A DNA stretch of 64,000 bases from a virus, in the IMG/VR virus record IMGVR_UViG_3300037993_001242, positions 32,001 to 96,000 of that record; one strand, given 5' to 3'. Each line of letters opens with the position of its first letter. The first letter of the stretch is position 1. This document shows positions 47,655 through 57,758 of the stretch, piece after piece. The translations under genes and the position numbers were made by a program. Under the pieces are notes generated by a model, which was not told the origin of the DNA, did no database searches, and was given only the letters and a program-made list of their open reading frames with translations.

Positions 47655-47920
47655 TAACAGCCTTTGTCGTCTTCCAACAGGTTGGCGATTACCTGCCGGG
47701 CATTGGAATCCGTGTAGGTTTGATCCATGCCGTAGGCCGCCTTGGGGGCTGGTTCTTGGCCCGGCTCCACGTCGCGCCGCCGCCATGGGGTTTCCGGCTC
47801 GTCAGGGCTTTTATCCGGTCGGGCTGGCTCAACACCGGGTTTAGTTGTGGGCGGAGCTTCCGTTGGAGCTTCAGTCCCACCAGCGGTCAACGGGCGTTTA
47901 AAAAATTGTCGTGCATTCAT
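47654..47920 (-). CDS. Small Pro-rich protein with C-terminal LLE motif
   Basis: MNARQFF...NARQVIANLLEDD; GTAGTTA upstream. Confidence 0.6.
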   Translation of the reverse strand: MNARQFFKRPLTAGGTEAPTEAPPTTKPGVEPARPDKSPDEPETPWRRRDVEPGQEPAPKAAYGMDQTYTDSNARQVIANLLEDDKGC

Positions 47921-47924
47921 TGAC

Positions 47925-50900
47925 TTAACTACCTTTCTCTTCGGTGGCCAGCAATTTGTCCCAATCAACGTTCTCCGGCGGTATCTTTTTGGTGTTCAGA
48001 TAATCCAGCCCAACTTCCGCATCCCCGCTGAAGGGCACCAACATCCAACTGGTATCGTAATTTTCACCAAAAACCACCGGCAAAACAATGTCAAAATGGT
48101 TCAACACCGACATTACAATATCGTGAACTTTTGGCAACTCTGATTGTATACAGTCAATCAGCAGCGAATCATGGACGGTGGACACCAGCAAGGACTCCAA
48201 ATCTTCCTCCCGCATCATCTGCTCAATCACGTGGAGGGCCATGAGCATCATGTCGGAGGCCGTGGATTGAATCAGGTGGTTACATCCGGCGCGTAGCGCC
48301 TTGGCCTTGGCTTCTTCATCCCCGCCAAAAACTTCCTCGAAAATACGTACCCGCCCGAAAATGGAAACCGCCACGCCGGTATCCAAAATGAACCGTTTGT
48401 AGTACTGCAACAGGCGGCGCAACGCCGGATACGAATCGAAAAAGGAATCAATGATGGATTCGCATTCTTCCAGCGGCAGGTAAATGGATTGATTGGCCAG
48501 CACATTTTGCAACCCGAACGCGCCACCGCCATAGCCCGTCAGGAAGTTGGTCGTTTTTGCGAGCACGCGCTTGAGTTCGAGGTCTTTGGCTTCCTTGTCC
48601 CGTTTGTTGGACTGGAGCCATTTCATGTGCTCCTTCGTGAACTGCTCGTACGGGATTTTGTAAATGCGGCTGGCCGTCAGGGAATGCAGGTCGATACCGT
48701 CGAAATATGCTTTGACCATCGTCGGATCGCCACACGCCGCCGCCATCAACCGCAATTCGATCTGGCTCAGGTCGGCGGCGTACAGGCAGCCGCGCTCCCC
48801 AAACCGGGACGTGTACAGAGATTTGACCTCGCCGTCACGGGGAAGCTGCTGCAAATTCGGATCGCGACAGGAAAGGCGTCCACCCCGCGTACCCGTGAGC
48901 ATGAAACTAGCATGGATGCACTGGTCAAAACACAGGTGCGGGTCTTTGCCTCTGGCCTTTTTGTCGATGCCCGCCGCTTGAATGTTGCGCAGCGGGCGCA
49001 CGTAGGTCGAATACAATTTGTATGCCTTCCGGTACTCCTGTAACGGGCGGATGTTCGCGTGGTCGACCGCCAGCCGGTTGAGCGTCCACTTGTCCATCGC
49101 GGCATATTTAAGCTGGTCTTCCCGCGACATCCTTTTGAATGCTTCCTCCGTGTCGCCGAAAAGTTTTTTACCGCCCTTGGTCAGCCGCTGCACCGGAAGA
49201 TTCAGCATGGCCTCGTCGAACAGGATGCGCTTCAAGTCCGCTTTGTTTTCCAAATCCAGATGCCATTCCTCGCCTTTGGCGGTCGCTTCCCTCTCCTTGG
49301 CGATGCACCAATCGACGATGTTCGGATTCACGTCCCGCAGCTTGTCGCGCAATTTGCCGACCTCCAGCGGCAGGCGCACTTCCATCTCGTTCAACTCCTT
49401 TTCGTTTACGAACATGCCCCGGCCCATCATTTTCATCAGCACCTTGGCTGCTGGAGACATGATGTTTTGGTAAACCCACATGCGGGGCGGCGGGGCAAAT
49501 TCACGAAAACGGCCCGCCTCGCCGGGCTTGGCCAGCGGCATCTTGTAGAGAGGCGTTTTTTCCAGCTTGGACTTGATCTGCTCAAAAGCCCGGTAGCAAA
49601 CCTCCACGTCACCCATGACGTAGGGAACAAGGTGCGATGCCCATTTGTCCCTCGGACAGTTCAGGTAATGACCGCCTTTGTTGTTGCCGGGGTGCATCAA
49701 ATCAGCGTGCAGATCAATCAGCAGGGTCATCTCCTCTTCGTACCCGGCCAGATCAGGCACAAAATCGTAGGCGATGGCTTCCAAGCCGAGCGAGCCGCGC
49801 TGCTGCCGGTTGGTGTAGGCCATGTGCCATGTATCGTAATCAGCCGCATCCGCCAATTGGCACAGCAACCCGTCACGCTGCCGGTTGTGCGCCGAATCGC
49901 TCCAGTCGATGAATTTCCCGTCCTTGACGTACTGGTCTTTCCAGAGGCACGCGTAGGTGAACAAAACGTCGAAGGTCAGGTTGTGCCCGATCAAACCGGA
50001 CTGGGTTAAAACTTTCCAGATCAAGGGCCGGAGCCGGGCCATGTGCGGGCGCACGGCGCTGCCTTCAAAATCCCACGGAAAACCAACGGACTGCGGCCCC
50101 GTCGCCGGATCAAGCCAGCGAAACATCATGCTGACGATGGCCGCACCTTGGCCCCACGGGCGCAGCCCCGTCGTTTCCGTGTCGTAGCAGAGCTTTATTT
50201 TCGGATGCCGAAGAATATCTTTCAGCGCCGCTTCGATCTCCTCGATATTTTCCGTAAATCGGTACCAATCTCGTGTATACACGTTCGGTTTGACGCCGTG
50301 CTTGGCCATCCACAACCCGTCGAGCAGGTTTTGTTTCCAGCGCCCAAAGACGTAGGGGTTGTTAATGGCGTGAATGATCCGGGGTGCCTGAATGGGCAGC
50401 ATGGGAATGCGCACGTCCGGCTTGGCCCCCATGACTGGATGGCCCAGCACCGTCTTGGTCGGATCAGCCGGATGGGGCTGGGGCAGATTGAAATCCGGCT
50501 TGGTAATCCAGTCGTCCGGCCAACCGCGCCACGTCAGCAGGCGTCCACCCCAATCCTGCGCGTTTGATTTATGGCTCAGCAATCCCAGTACCTGCGTGCC
50601 CACCGGCATGATCAAGTTGGGTGGGTGCAGCAACAAATCCTGAATGACGTGATACCGGCACCAGTTGCCCTTGATCTTGTAATTGACGAGTTTGTCCGCC
50701 CAATTGGCGCACCGGGTGATCGGCACCCACCGAACATCCTTGGGGGTCACTCCCGTTACGTCCGAAGTTTCATGGATGATGCGCTTCAAAACCGAAGCCG
50801 ATCCACCTGACGCCAGCGTGCCGTAGGTATCCTCATGACGGCTCACGCTGTCGTAAATAATCGTCACCAGCGGGTTGGTCGGCCCGGCATAGTCAATGAA

Positions 50901-51215
50901 CGGATGTTGCGCCCCATTATCCTTCAATCCGCATTTGGCGCACACTGGAGACATTTCGCCGGGCTTGAGCAACTTGCCCTGCAATGGATTTTTTGGGTCG
51001 TATACAATCTTGTGGTAAAGCTTTTTTGCGGTCACCGCCCCCTTTTTATTTTTTTTCTCCTCCTCCACGACTTCATAACCCGTGGCATAAACCACCATGC
51101 TCCGAAAAAATGAATCGACGTTCTCGCTCTTGAAAACCGTGCCGTCAGGCAGGGTAAAAACCTTCTTGATCGTATGGCGTTTGGGCTTTGATTCGATTTG
51201 TGCGGCGGCGTCCAT
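47925..51215 (-). CDS. polA: DNA polymerase family A with N-terminal uracil-DNA-glycosylase-like and 3'-5' exonuclease domains
   Basis: YDTETTGL, HNLTFD, ADLSQIELR, AKTTNFLTGYG (Phe at the 762-equivalent), NHLIQSTASD, VHDS; N-terminal CAKC...ITRC...WCRYHV...IMPVG. Confidence 0.93.
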   Translation of the reverse strand: MDAAAQIESKPKRHTIKKVFTLPDGTVFKSENVDSFFRSMVVYATGYEVVEEEKKNKKGAVTAKKLYHKIVYDPKNPLQGKLLKPGEMSPVCAKCGLKDNGAQHPFIDYAGPTNPLVTIIYDSVSRHEDTYGTLASGGSASVLKRIIHETSDVTGVTPKDVRWVPITRCANWADKLVNYKIKGNWCRYHVIQDLLLHPPNLIMPVGTQVLGLLSHKSNAQDWGGRLLTWRGWPDDWITKPDFNLPQPHPADPTKTVLGHPVMGAKPDVRIPMLPIQAPRIIHAINNPYVFGRWKQNLLDGLWMAKHGVKPNVYTRDWYRFTENIEEIEAALKDILRHPKIKLCYDTETTGLRPWGQGAAIVSMMFRWLDPATGPQSVGFPWDFEGSAVRPHMARLRPLIWKVLTQSGLIGHNLTFDVLFTYACLWKDQYVKDGKFIDWSDSAHNRQRDGLLCQLADAADYDTWHMAYTNRQQRGSLGLEAIAYDFVPDLAGYEEEMTLLIDLHADLMHPGNNKGGHYLNCPRDKWASHLVPYVMGDVEVCYRAFEQIKSKLEKTPLYKMPLAKPGEAGRFREFAPPPRMWVYQNIMSPAAKVLMKMMGRGMFVNEKELNEMEVRLPLEVGKLRDKLRDVNPNIVDWCIAKEREATAKGEEWHLDLENKADLKRILFDEAMLNLPVQRLTKGGKKLFGDTEEAFKRMSREDQLKYAAMDKWTLNRLAVDHANIRPLQEYRKAYKLYSTYVRPLRNIQAAGIDKKARGKDPHLCFDQCIHASFMLTGTRGGRLSCRDPNLQQLPRDGEVKSLYTSRFGERGCLYAADLSQIELRLMAAACGDPTMVKAYFDGIDLHSLTASRIYKIPYEQFTKEHMKWLQSNKRDKEAKDLELKRVLAKTTNFLTGYGGGAFGLQNVLANQSIYLPLEECESIIDSFFDSYPALRRLLQYYKRFILDTGVAVSIFGRVRIFEEVFGGDEEAKAKALRAGCNHLIQSTASDMMLMALHVIEQMMREEDLESLLVSTVHDSLLIDCIQSELPKVHDIVMSVLNHFDIVLPVVFGENYDTSWMLVPFSGDAEVGLDYLNTKKIPPENVDWDKLLATEEKGS

Positions 51216-51248
51216 CACCCGGAATAGAACGCAGTTCTTAAAAAGCGT

Positions 51249-52289
51249 ATGACCGAATTGGTGCCGGTGCAAAAACCGCTTCCCTGCTACAGCCTTGAAT
51301 ACAACAAGGCTGATCCGCGCTGCCAAGCGTGCCCGCATCAATCCGGGTGCATCCAGCATTCAGGCCGCCGGGCCACCCAAGTTCCGCTGTCCAAGGCCAA
51401 GTTCAAACTGATCCCGGACGGCTACGAGAAAGCTTACGATTTCGATCTTGAAGACCCGGAACTGCCGCACGTCCAGCGCACCTATTTCGATTGCTACGAG
51501 ACCATCTTCAACCGGGCGACCCCCGATGACGTGACCCGCTTCGCCAAAGAGCTTTTGGCCGCCGCCCGCCAGACGCAGTGTTCCTTGCGGCTTTACCTTC
51601 TGGCTAACATGGTCGGCCACCGGGAATCGCAAAAAACCCGGATCGTCAAAACCGAGCAGGCGTTGCCCCGGCCTTTCCGGGCCAAAATGCTGCTGGGAAC
51701 AACCGCCCTCAAACGCGCCCGCATGTACGCCGAAATGTGCAACCGGGAATTCGGGACTTTCGCCCTGTCATCCCTGTCCTGTCTGGTGGAGGAAAACTTT
51801 ACCGACAAATCGCTCGAAAAGCACATGCTCCACAGCGAGACGGTCGTGGGAAAATATGTCGTCGGCTATAAAATTCTCCACGGCGGCCCGGCGTGGGATT
51901 CGCTCTTTGACGCCCACGAACTGACGCTTGATCCGTACTGGCTGGCAATTGACGAAACCTACCTGTTCACAAAACTGCAACCTTATTTAGAGAAGAAATG
52001 CGGCACGGAGCAAATTCAGCAGCATCGTTTTTCCGTTACCCAAGTACTGGGATACCTGAAGAAGCACAGCACCGCCGCCATCAACACTTTTCATGTCCGC
52101 GAAGCCATTATGCCTCAAGCTGTAGCCGAAGTACTTCACCACTATGGACACCATCCTGATGATTTCAACATTGACCCGGAACCCATCGTCAAACCACTGG
52201 AATTTTGGGTCTATCTGGGCCGGGCACTCCAGCAGTTTCAGTGTCTACTTTACCTCGAAGGAAAGCCCTCGCTCCTCACGCGCCGGTAA
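51249..52289 (+). CDS. Hypothetical protein with N-terminal Cys cluster
   Basis: PCY...RCQACPHQSGC; divergent from the polymerase, upstream of the helicase. Confidence 0.7.
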   Translation: MTELVPVQKPLPCYSLEYNKADPRCQACPHQSGCIQHSGRRATQVPLSKAKFKLIPDGYEKAYDFDLEDPELPHVQRTYFDCYETIFNRATPDDVTRFAKELLAAARQTQCSLRLYLLANMVGHRESQKTRIVKTEQALPRPFRAKMLLGTTALKRARMYAEMCNREFGTFALSSLSCLVEENFTDKSLEKHMLHSETVVGKYVVGYKILHGGPAWDSLFDAHELTLDPYWLAIDETYLFTKLQPYLEKKCGTEQIQQHRFSVTQVLGYLKKHSTAAINTFHVREAIMPQAVAEVLHHYGHHPDDFNIDPEPIVKPLEFWVYLGRALQQFQCLLYLEGKPSLLTRR

Positions 52290-52317
52290 ACTTTTTAACT
52301 CACGTTCTTAATGCTGC

Positions 52318-53742
52318 ATGACGTGGGAAACGTACAATTTCTCGGATGATTTTCAGGACGCGATTCTCGCCTGCCTGATCCGATTTCCAGAGAAGTTCTG
52401 GCGCTTCGGGGAGATCGTAAAACCGGAGTACTTCAACGGCCCCAGCGCGGTTGAAGTCGTCTTCCGGCTCAAAGATCACGTGGCCAAATACGGCGCGTAT
52501 CCCAACTTCACCACACTGGGCAATTACGTCTTTGTCAGGACGGAGCGCAAAAACCCGGAACGGGCCAAGGAACTGATCGAGTACGTGGTCAAGCTGTCAC
52601 AGGTTGACTGCGCCGACGTGGATACCATCCTTGATCTATCGCTCAAATTTGCCAAGGAGCGCGCCATCTTCGACGCCCTGCGCAAAATCCATCTGGCCCA
52701 GCAGGAAGGCAAGGAAGAGACCGTCGATGCCGTCAAAGTCATGGAAGAGGCGATGAACGTCGGCTTCGATTACGAGGATTTGGGCATCGAATTGCGCCGT
52801 GACCTTGAAAAGATCATCGATAAGATGACCAACGTTAATCATGGCATCCACACGGGCTATCGTGAGTTTGACAAGCTTTGGAAGACCGGCTGGGCCGCCG
52901 GGCACCTGATCGTGCTCCTTGCCCCGCCCAAGGGCTATAAAACGACCTTTGCCGTCAATCTGGCGCTGAACATGGCCTCCAGCCACGCTATTGACGCCGA
53001 CGTGCTGTACTACGCCTGTGAAATCAAACAGGAAGAGGCGGCAATGCGCGCCATCTACAACCTGACGGGTACGACCGAAGCTATCCTGTGGGAAGGCGTT
53101 GAGAAGTTCAAACTTAACGCCCGAAAAGTTGTAGACGAGAAAATGTGGGGACACTTCTTTTTCAAAAGCTTCCCGGCCAAAACTACCACTATCGGCCAGA
53201 TCAAGGCCCACGCCAAACAGGCCATCCGCACGTTTGGCTTGAAACCCAAAGCTATTTTCATTGATTACGCCGACACAGTAAAGCCGGGCAACACCGGCAA
53301 GAACGTCCCGGATTACCGCCAGCAAGCGGACATCTACACCGAGGCCCGCGCCATGGGCGATGATCTGGGCTGCTGCATCGTTATGCCCGACCGCTGCAAC
53401 AAGGAAACTGTCGGTCGCACAGTTCCCAGCGTCGCTTCTTTTCAAGGTTCATTTGAAAAGGGCGGCGTCGTGGACGCGGCCATCGGCCTGTGTGCTACGG
53501 ATGCCGAGTACAAGCAGAATAAAATGCGGTTTTTTGTTTTCTTAAACCGCTCCGGCCCGCAAAACAAACATTACATCGGCACGGTCGACCGCGAAAAATA
53601 TCAAATCACCGTGGACGGCGAAATTGACTACAACCCGGAAGAAGACGAAGAACAAACCCGGTTTGTTAAAGGGCACGGCAAAAACCGAACCAAGGTGCAA
53701 AAAGAATTGACGCCCAACGCAGGCGCGACCCAGTGGGATTAA
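52318..53742 (+). CDS. DnaB-like replicative helicase
   Basis: Walker A APPKGYKT, YYACE, FIDYAD, SFEKGGVVD. Confidence 0.85.
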   Translation: MTWETYNFSDDFQDAILACLIRFPEKFWRFGEIVKPEYFNGPSAVEVVFRLKDHVAKYGAYPNFTTLGNYVFVRTERKNPERAKELIEYVVKLSQVDCADVDTILDLSLKFAKERAIFDALRKIHLAQQEGKEETVDAVKVMEEAMNVGFDYEDLGIELRRDLEKIIDKMTNVNHGIHTGYREFDKLWKTGWAAGHLIVLLAPPKGYKTTFAVNLALNMASSHAIDADVLYYACEIKQEEAAMRAIYNLTGTTEAILWEGVEKFKLNARKVVDEKMWGHFFFKSFPAKTTTIGQIKAHAKQAIRTFGLKPKAIFIDYADTVKPGNTGKNVPDYRQQADIYTEARAMGDDLGCCIVMPDRCNKETVGRTVPSVASFQGSFEKGGVVDAAIGLCATDAEYKQNKMRFFVFLNRSGPQNKHYIGTVDREKYQITVDGEIDYNPEEDEEQTRFVKGHGKNRTKVQKELTPNAGATQWD

Positions 53743-54557
53743 GGTACTGGAAAAGTCAAACCGGTGACGGCCACCAGCGGCTTGGATTCATCCAGCTTTT
53801 TGTCATGGACGTAATCGTAACGTACCGCTCCCAAAGCCGCAATCAACTCCGTGGCCATTTCCAGTGAATTGGCCGTGTCGCTGACTTTGACACATTCGTT
53901 ATGGCTATGCCAGTTGTAGTAACCGCTCGGCAGGTTCATACAGGAAAAGCTGAACCGCTGGCGCAACGCCATCACGTCCGTAAACGGATGATGCTGCCAC
54001 TTGTTCACGCCCCATTTGTTGAGAACGGGCAGACCGGCCCGGATGAAATCGCCCGCATTATCAAACAGACGCATCCCGCTCGACGTGTAGGAAAACATGT
54101 CGCGGGCCGGGCAATCAAATTCCAACACGTAACCGATGCCATCGAACATCTTGGCCTCCGCGCTGAACGCGCCCCGGCAGCCGATTTCCTCGGCGGCAAA
54201 GAAAGCTGCCGCGATATTGGGAAAGCGGTCAAGCAGTTCAAGGCAGATGTAAACACCAGCCTTATCGTCGCCGCCAAAGCCCACCTGCTTGCATTTGCGG
54301 TCGTAACCGATCAAGGTGCCGTTCTTCTGGACGATCCGAAAATACCGTTCCACCGGTTGCACCGAATCAATGTGCGCCGCCACGCACGGGAAAAATTGAG
54401 CGGTACCTTTCCTCAAAAAGACATTGTTGTAGCTGTCGACCGTGCAGGTAACGCCGGGGCGGCTGGCCACTTGCGCCTTCAGGAATTCGACCATCTGGTC
54501 TTCCCGCATAGATTGAGTGGGGACAGCCAGCACCTGTTTGAGTCGATCAACGTTCAT
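53739..54557 (-). CDS. M20/M28-family metallopeptidase
   Basis: AAHIDSV, GGDDKAG, AEEIG, FTDV, GYYNWH. Confidence 0.85.
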   Translation of the reverse strand: MNVDRLKQVLAVPTQSMREDQMVEFLKAQVASRPGVTCTVDSYNNVFLRKGTAQFFPCVAAHIDSVQPVERYFRIVQKNGTLIGYDRKCKQVGFGGDDKAGVYICLELLDRFPNIAAAFFAAEEIGCRGAFSAEAKMFDGIGYVLEFDCPARDMFSYTSSGMRLFDNAGDFIRAGLPVLNKWGVNKWQHHPFTDVMALRQRFSFSCMNLPSGYYNWHSHNECVKVSDTANSLEMATELIAALGAVRYDYVHDKKLDESKPLVAVTGLTFPVP

Positions 54558-54657
54558 GCTTCCAATGTACTGGCTTCTGCCGCGCTGTCAACAGAAAAAT
54601 TTAATACGGCCAATGACGCCGAAACGCCATTGGCCGTACACCAAAAGCAGCAACTGT

Positions 54658-55209
54658 TTACCACGTCAGACCGATACCAAGCTTCCAGAGGAATCCGCTA
54701 TCGCCTCGGCTGGGCAGATCGAAGTTACCCCCGGCAAAGAGGAAGGAACTGTCACCGATGTAGTATTCAAAACTGGCTTCCGGGCCGGTGTGCCAGATAA
54801 CCGACGAGGTTGTGTCATAGGAAACTCCAGCGCTCCACCCGGTGTTCAACCACAGTTGCTTGTAAAGATGCCACGAATAATCGGAAAAAATGTCCGTTTC
54901 ACCAGCGAAGGCAGGTTCCCACGACAAGCTTTGTGCCGCGCCCACCCAGACGTTGGGAGCCTTCTTGAACGGGTCAACCGAGAGGGAAACATCAATGCCA
55001 AACTGCGTGTCGCCAGTTTTGGGCGAGGTAACTCCGGTACCACCGAGCGTCAGTTCGTAAGAACCGTACTCCTTTCCCGCATCGCTGCTCGCAGTGTTGG
55101 TGCTGAGGGTTGGAGCCGCTGGGGTATTGGTGGTTATGTCATTTGTCTGGGCATTCAGGCCGACCTGTGCCCCGGCCAACAGGGCGAATGCAATAAAAAT
55201 TCGTTTCAT
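54658..55209 (-). CDS. Outer-membrane beta-barrel-like protein
   Basis: Signal peptide, amphipathic beta strands, C-terminal LGIGLTW. Confidence 0.75.
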   Translation of the reverse strand: MKRIFIAFALLAGAQVGLNAQTNDITTNTPAAPTLSTNTASSDAGKEYGSYELTLGGTGVTSPKTGDTQFGIDVSLSVDPFKKAPNVWVGAAQSLSWEPAFAGETDIFSDYSWHLYKQLWLNTGWSAGVSYDTTSSVIWHTGPEASFEYYIGDSSFLFAGGNFDLPSRGDSGFLWKLGIGLTW

Positions 55210-55243
55210 AATTTTACGGTGTTAATAATTGGTTGCTGCTGAT

Positions 55244-56359
55244 TTAGTCGGAATTCACGGGAACCACGGAGACGAATATAAGCATCTTGCCAAGAATCAT
55301 CGTCTCCTGTTTTGTGATGCCGTTGCCGCTGAGATCAATGGTAACCGCAGAAGTTAAAGTTGTAGCGTTCTTGCCGGTTGGATCGTTGACGGCGTCGACC
55401 GTACCTTGCTTAAAGCTGTCCTTATAGCTCATACTGCCAGTCAGCGCTGGAACCGAAGTGTCAACTTCAGTAAATGCTGCTTCATCCGACACCGCAGCGG
55501 AACTAGCCGACATTTCATTTGGGATTGGCTCATTAACGCGGACATCAAACACGTATTGTCCAAGGCCGCTGGTTGCACGATGGGCATCGGGCATCCAACG
55601 AATGGTGCCAGTCAAGCGATCAACCTTCGGCACATAACCACTACCGTCGGGTGCCGGAATTGAATAATTAACATTTACCTCTTTGATGAACCACTCTTCT
55701 TTTTTGTAGTCGTAGTACAGTTCACCGTTGGCAGTAGCGGTTTGATACATCGGAATTGGCCCGGCAGCCAACGTAAGCTGCTGGAATTCCATCTTATCAT
55801 ACTTTGTAACAACAACCTGCTGCTTTTTACCGTTGATCTGGCGAGTAATGTAAACAGGTGCAAGCTTGACCTTGGTGAACCAGTCTTCCGGCCTGTTCAA
55901 CGGTTTGCCTGCGGCAAGCCCGCTAAATTTGCTGTCGGAACCGGCACGCTTGTCCAGCACGCTGAACTGCAAATCGCCGGAATTGTAGTTGTAAACGCCA
56001 TCCAACCCGATGGGCACTCTTCCGCATAAGTGGCTGATATTTTTACCGATGACCTGACCGGTCTTGGGATTCATAACATCACAGGAAAGGTCATAATAGA
56101 GGCTGCGGGGGCGAGTGACCGCTTTGGTGATGTAGCCGCCCATGATCAGCGGAGTATCAGTGATGGTGCCGTGAAAGCCGCCGCTATTGCAGACATTGAT
56201 GTTCAAGGTGTAAACATCCTTTGCCGTCGGGCCGGGGTTGACCTTCGAGTTAAAATTAATCTGCATGTCCCCCCGGATGAAAGTGGGCGGATTGGTATTT
56301 TGGGCTGGCACGGCACAGGCGACGACCAGCATGATTGCGATGGTGAGTAGTGATTTCAT
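55244..56359 (-). CDS. Secreted beta-rich protein
   Basis: Signal peptide MKSLLTIAIMLVVACAVPA. Confidence 0.75.
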   Translation of the reverse strand: MKSLLTIAIMLVVACAVPAQNTNPPTFIRGDMQINFNSKVNPGPTAKDVYTLNINVCNSGGFHGTITDTPLIMGGYITKAVTRPRSLYYDLSCDVMNPKTGQVIGKNISHLCGRVPIGLDGVYNYNSGDLQFSVLDKRAGSDSKFSGLAAGKPLNRPEDWFTKVKLAPVYITRQINGKKQQVVVTKYDKMEFQQLTLAAGPIPMYQTATANGELYYDYKKEEWFIKEVNVNYSIPAPDGSGYVPKVDRLTGTIRWMPDAHRATSGLGQYVFDVRVNEPIPNEMSASSAAVSDEAAFTEVDTSVPALTGSMSYKDSFKQGTVDAVNDPTGKNATTLTSAVTIDLSGNGITKQETMILGKMLIFVSVVPVNSD

Positions 56360-56389
56360 GTGTTTTAACTGTTTATGGTTTGATGATTG

Positions 56390-56563
56390 TTAAGTGTTCT
56401 TCGCGGCAGGTTTGCGTTTCGCGATGTTTATCCTGATGCTGATGCGCCCATTCCACAGTTCACCAAGATTTTTGTTGATGCGATTCCGCAGCCGGTTTAA
56501 GCTTTCCTTGGTAGCTTCAAACTTTTTGCTCGGCTCGATTACAATTCTTATGTCGCGTTTCAT
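56390..56563 (-). CDS. Small basic protein
   Basis: Hand-translated 57-aa ORF in an operon gap. Confidence 0.35.
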   Translation of the reverse strand: MKRDIRIVIEPSKKFEATKESLNRLRNRINKNLGELWNGRISIRINIAKRKPAAKNT

Positions 56564-56612
56564 ATTTTGACTTCGGTTTACTGAAGTTGAGAAGTCGTTT
56601 GGTTATTTGAGA

Positions 56613-56744
56613 TTATTGCTGTTGTTGACCGTCCGGTTGTGCGTCGTCGGTGTCGATTGCCCCGCCTCCAAATACGAAGGTTAGGATAATAAAGAATACG
56701 ACCAGAACGATGCCCGCGATGATTGCGAATTTTCTTTTGTTCAT
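56613..56744 (-). CDS. Small membrane peptide
   Basis: MNKRKFAIIAGIVLVVFFIILTFVFG..., 43 aa. Confidence 0.5.
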   Translation of the reverse strand: MNKRKFAIIAGIVLVVFFIILTFVFGGGAIDTDDAQPDGQQQQ

Positions 56745-56774
56745 GTACCTGTGGTGTTGATTTGGTGTTGTCGG

Positions 56775-57596
56775 TTATTTCCTGCCACGACGTTCCGGGA
56801 TCACTTCGGCGTCAACTGTGTTGTCGCTGCCCAAATCCAGATTAAGGTCGGGCGGAGCGTTCAGTTCCTTGGTGGACTGTGCTTTGGCAATGGGTGTCGC
56901 AGTGGGTGTGGTGGAAATGGTGGGCTGATTGCCCTGCGCTTCCATCAGACTGGAGTCAATTTGAGCAAAGGCCGTGTTGATGCCAGTTCTTACGGCGTCC
57001 AGTGCCGCATCGTGCATCAGCTTGGTCTGGAAAGTCTCCGTGGCTTTGGCCTGCTTCATTGCCTTGGCTACGCTTTGGGCAATCTTCCATTCCGACCGCT
57101 GTTCATCGAGCCAATCGGCATAGTCGGCGAGGTTTTTCTTCGCCACGACATACTGGTCGTTTTGGAAAACCAGAAGCTGGCGCAACTTCTGGTAATTTTC
57201 CATTTGCTGACTTGGTGTATTTGGATGAAGCCGGTCGTGTTCCTGAATTTGCCGCCAAATATCCCTCAAAGAAACGTTGATTTGCATGATGCTGTCCGCC
57301 TTGCCTCGTAACGCAACCATGCTGGCCTCATATTCCTTCTCGAACTGCTCAATCGGGTTCTGCGCTGCCACGGCTTTCAATGCCTTCAACCGCCAAGTGG
57401 CGACTAACTCGGCAAAGGCCGGAATGAATTTGCTGGTAACGAAAAGCGCCGCGACGGTGAATCCCAAAGCCGCCAATGCACCGATCCCGTGTAAAATTGT
57501 AATAAACAACGGGCCAAGGATGACCAAGGCCACCAATAGCGCGCCGGAGCCGACGATGATTTCCCAGCGTTTCTGTTTTTGTTCCAAGTCAGTCAT
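56775..57596 (-). CDS. Membrane-anchored coiled-coil protein, PspA-like architecture
   Basis: Two TM helices then a long coiled coil. Confidence 0.65.
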   Translation of the reverse strand: MTDLEQKQKRWEIIVGSGALLVALVILGPLFITILHGIGALAALGFTVAALFVTSKFIPAFAELVATWRLKALKAVAAQNPIEQFEKEYEASMVALRGKADSIMQINVSLRDIWRQIQEHDRLHPNTPSQQMENYQKLRQLLVFQNDQYVVAKKNLADYADWLDEQRSEWKIAQSVAKAMKQAKATETFQTKLMHDAALDAVRTGINTAFAQIDSSLMEAQGNQPTISTTPTATPIAKAQSTKELNAPPDLNLDLGSDNTVDAEVIPERRGRK

Positions 57597-57758
57597 AAGT
57601 TTAATTCGGGACAATTCCCGGTTTGTTTTTCAGTTCTTCAGGTGTAGCGCATTTGCGCCCGTATGTCAGTTACAGTCCAGAACAACATTTGTAATCATAG
57701 ATTTGTATACAATGACCGGCCAAGTGTCAACAACAAATTTTAGCAACGTAAGGCACGC

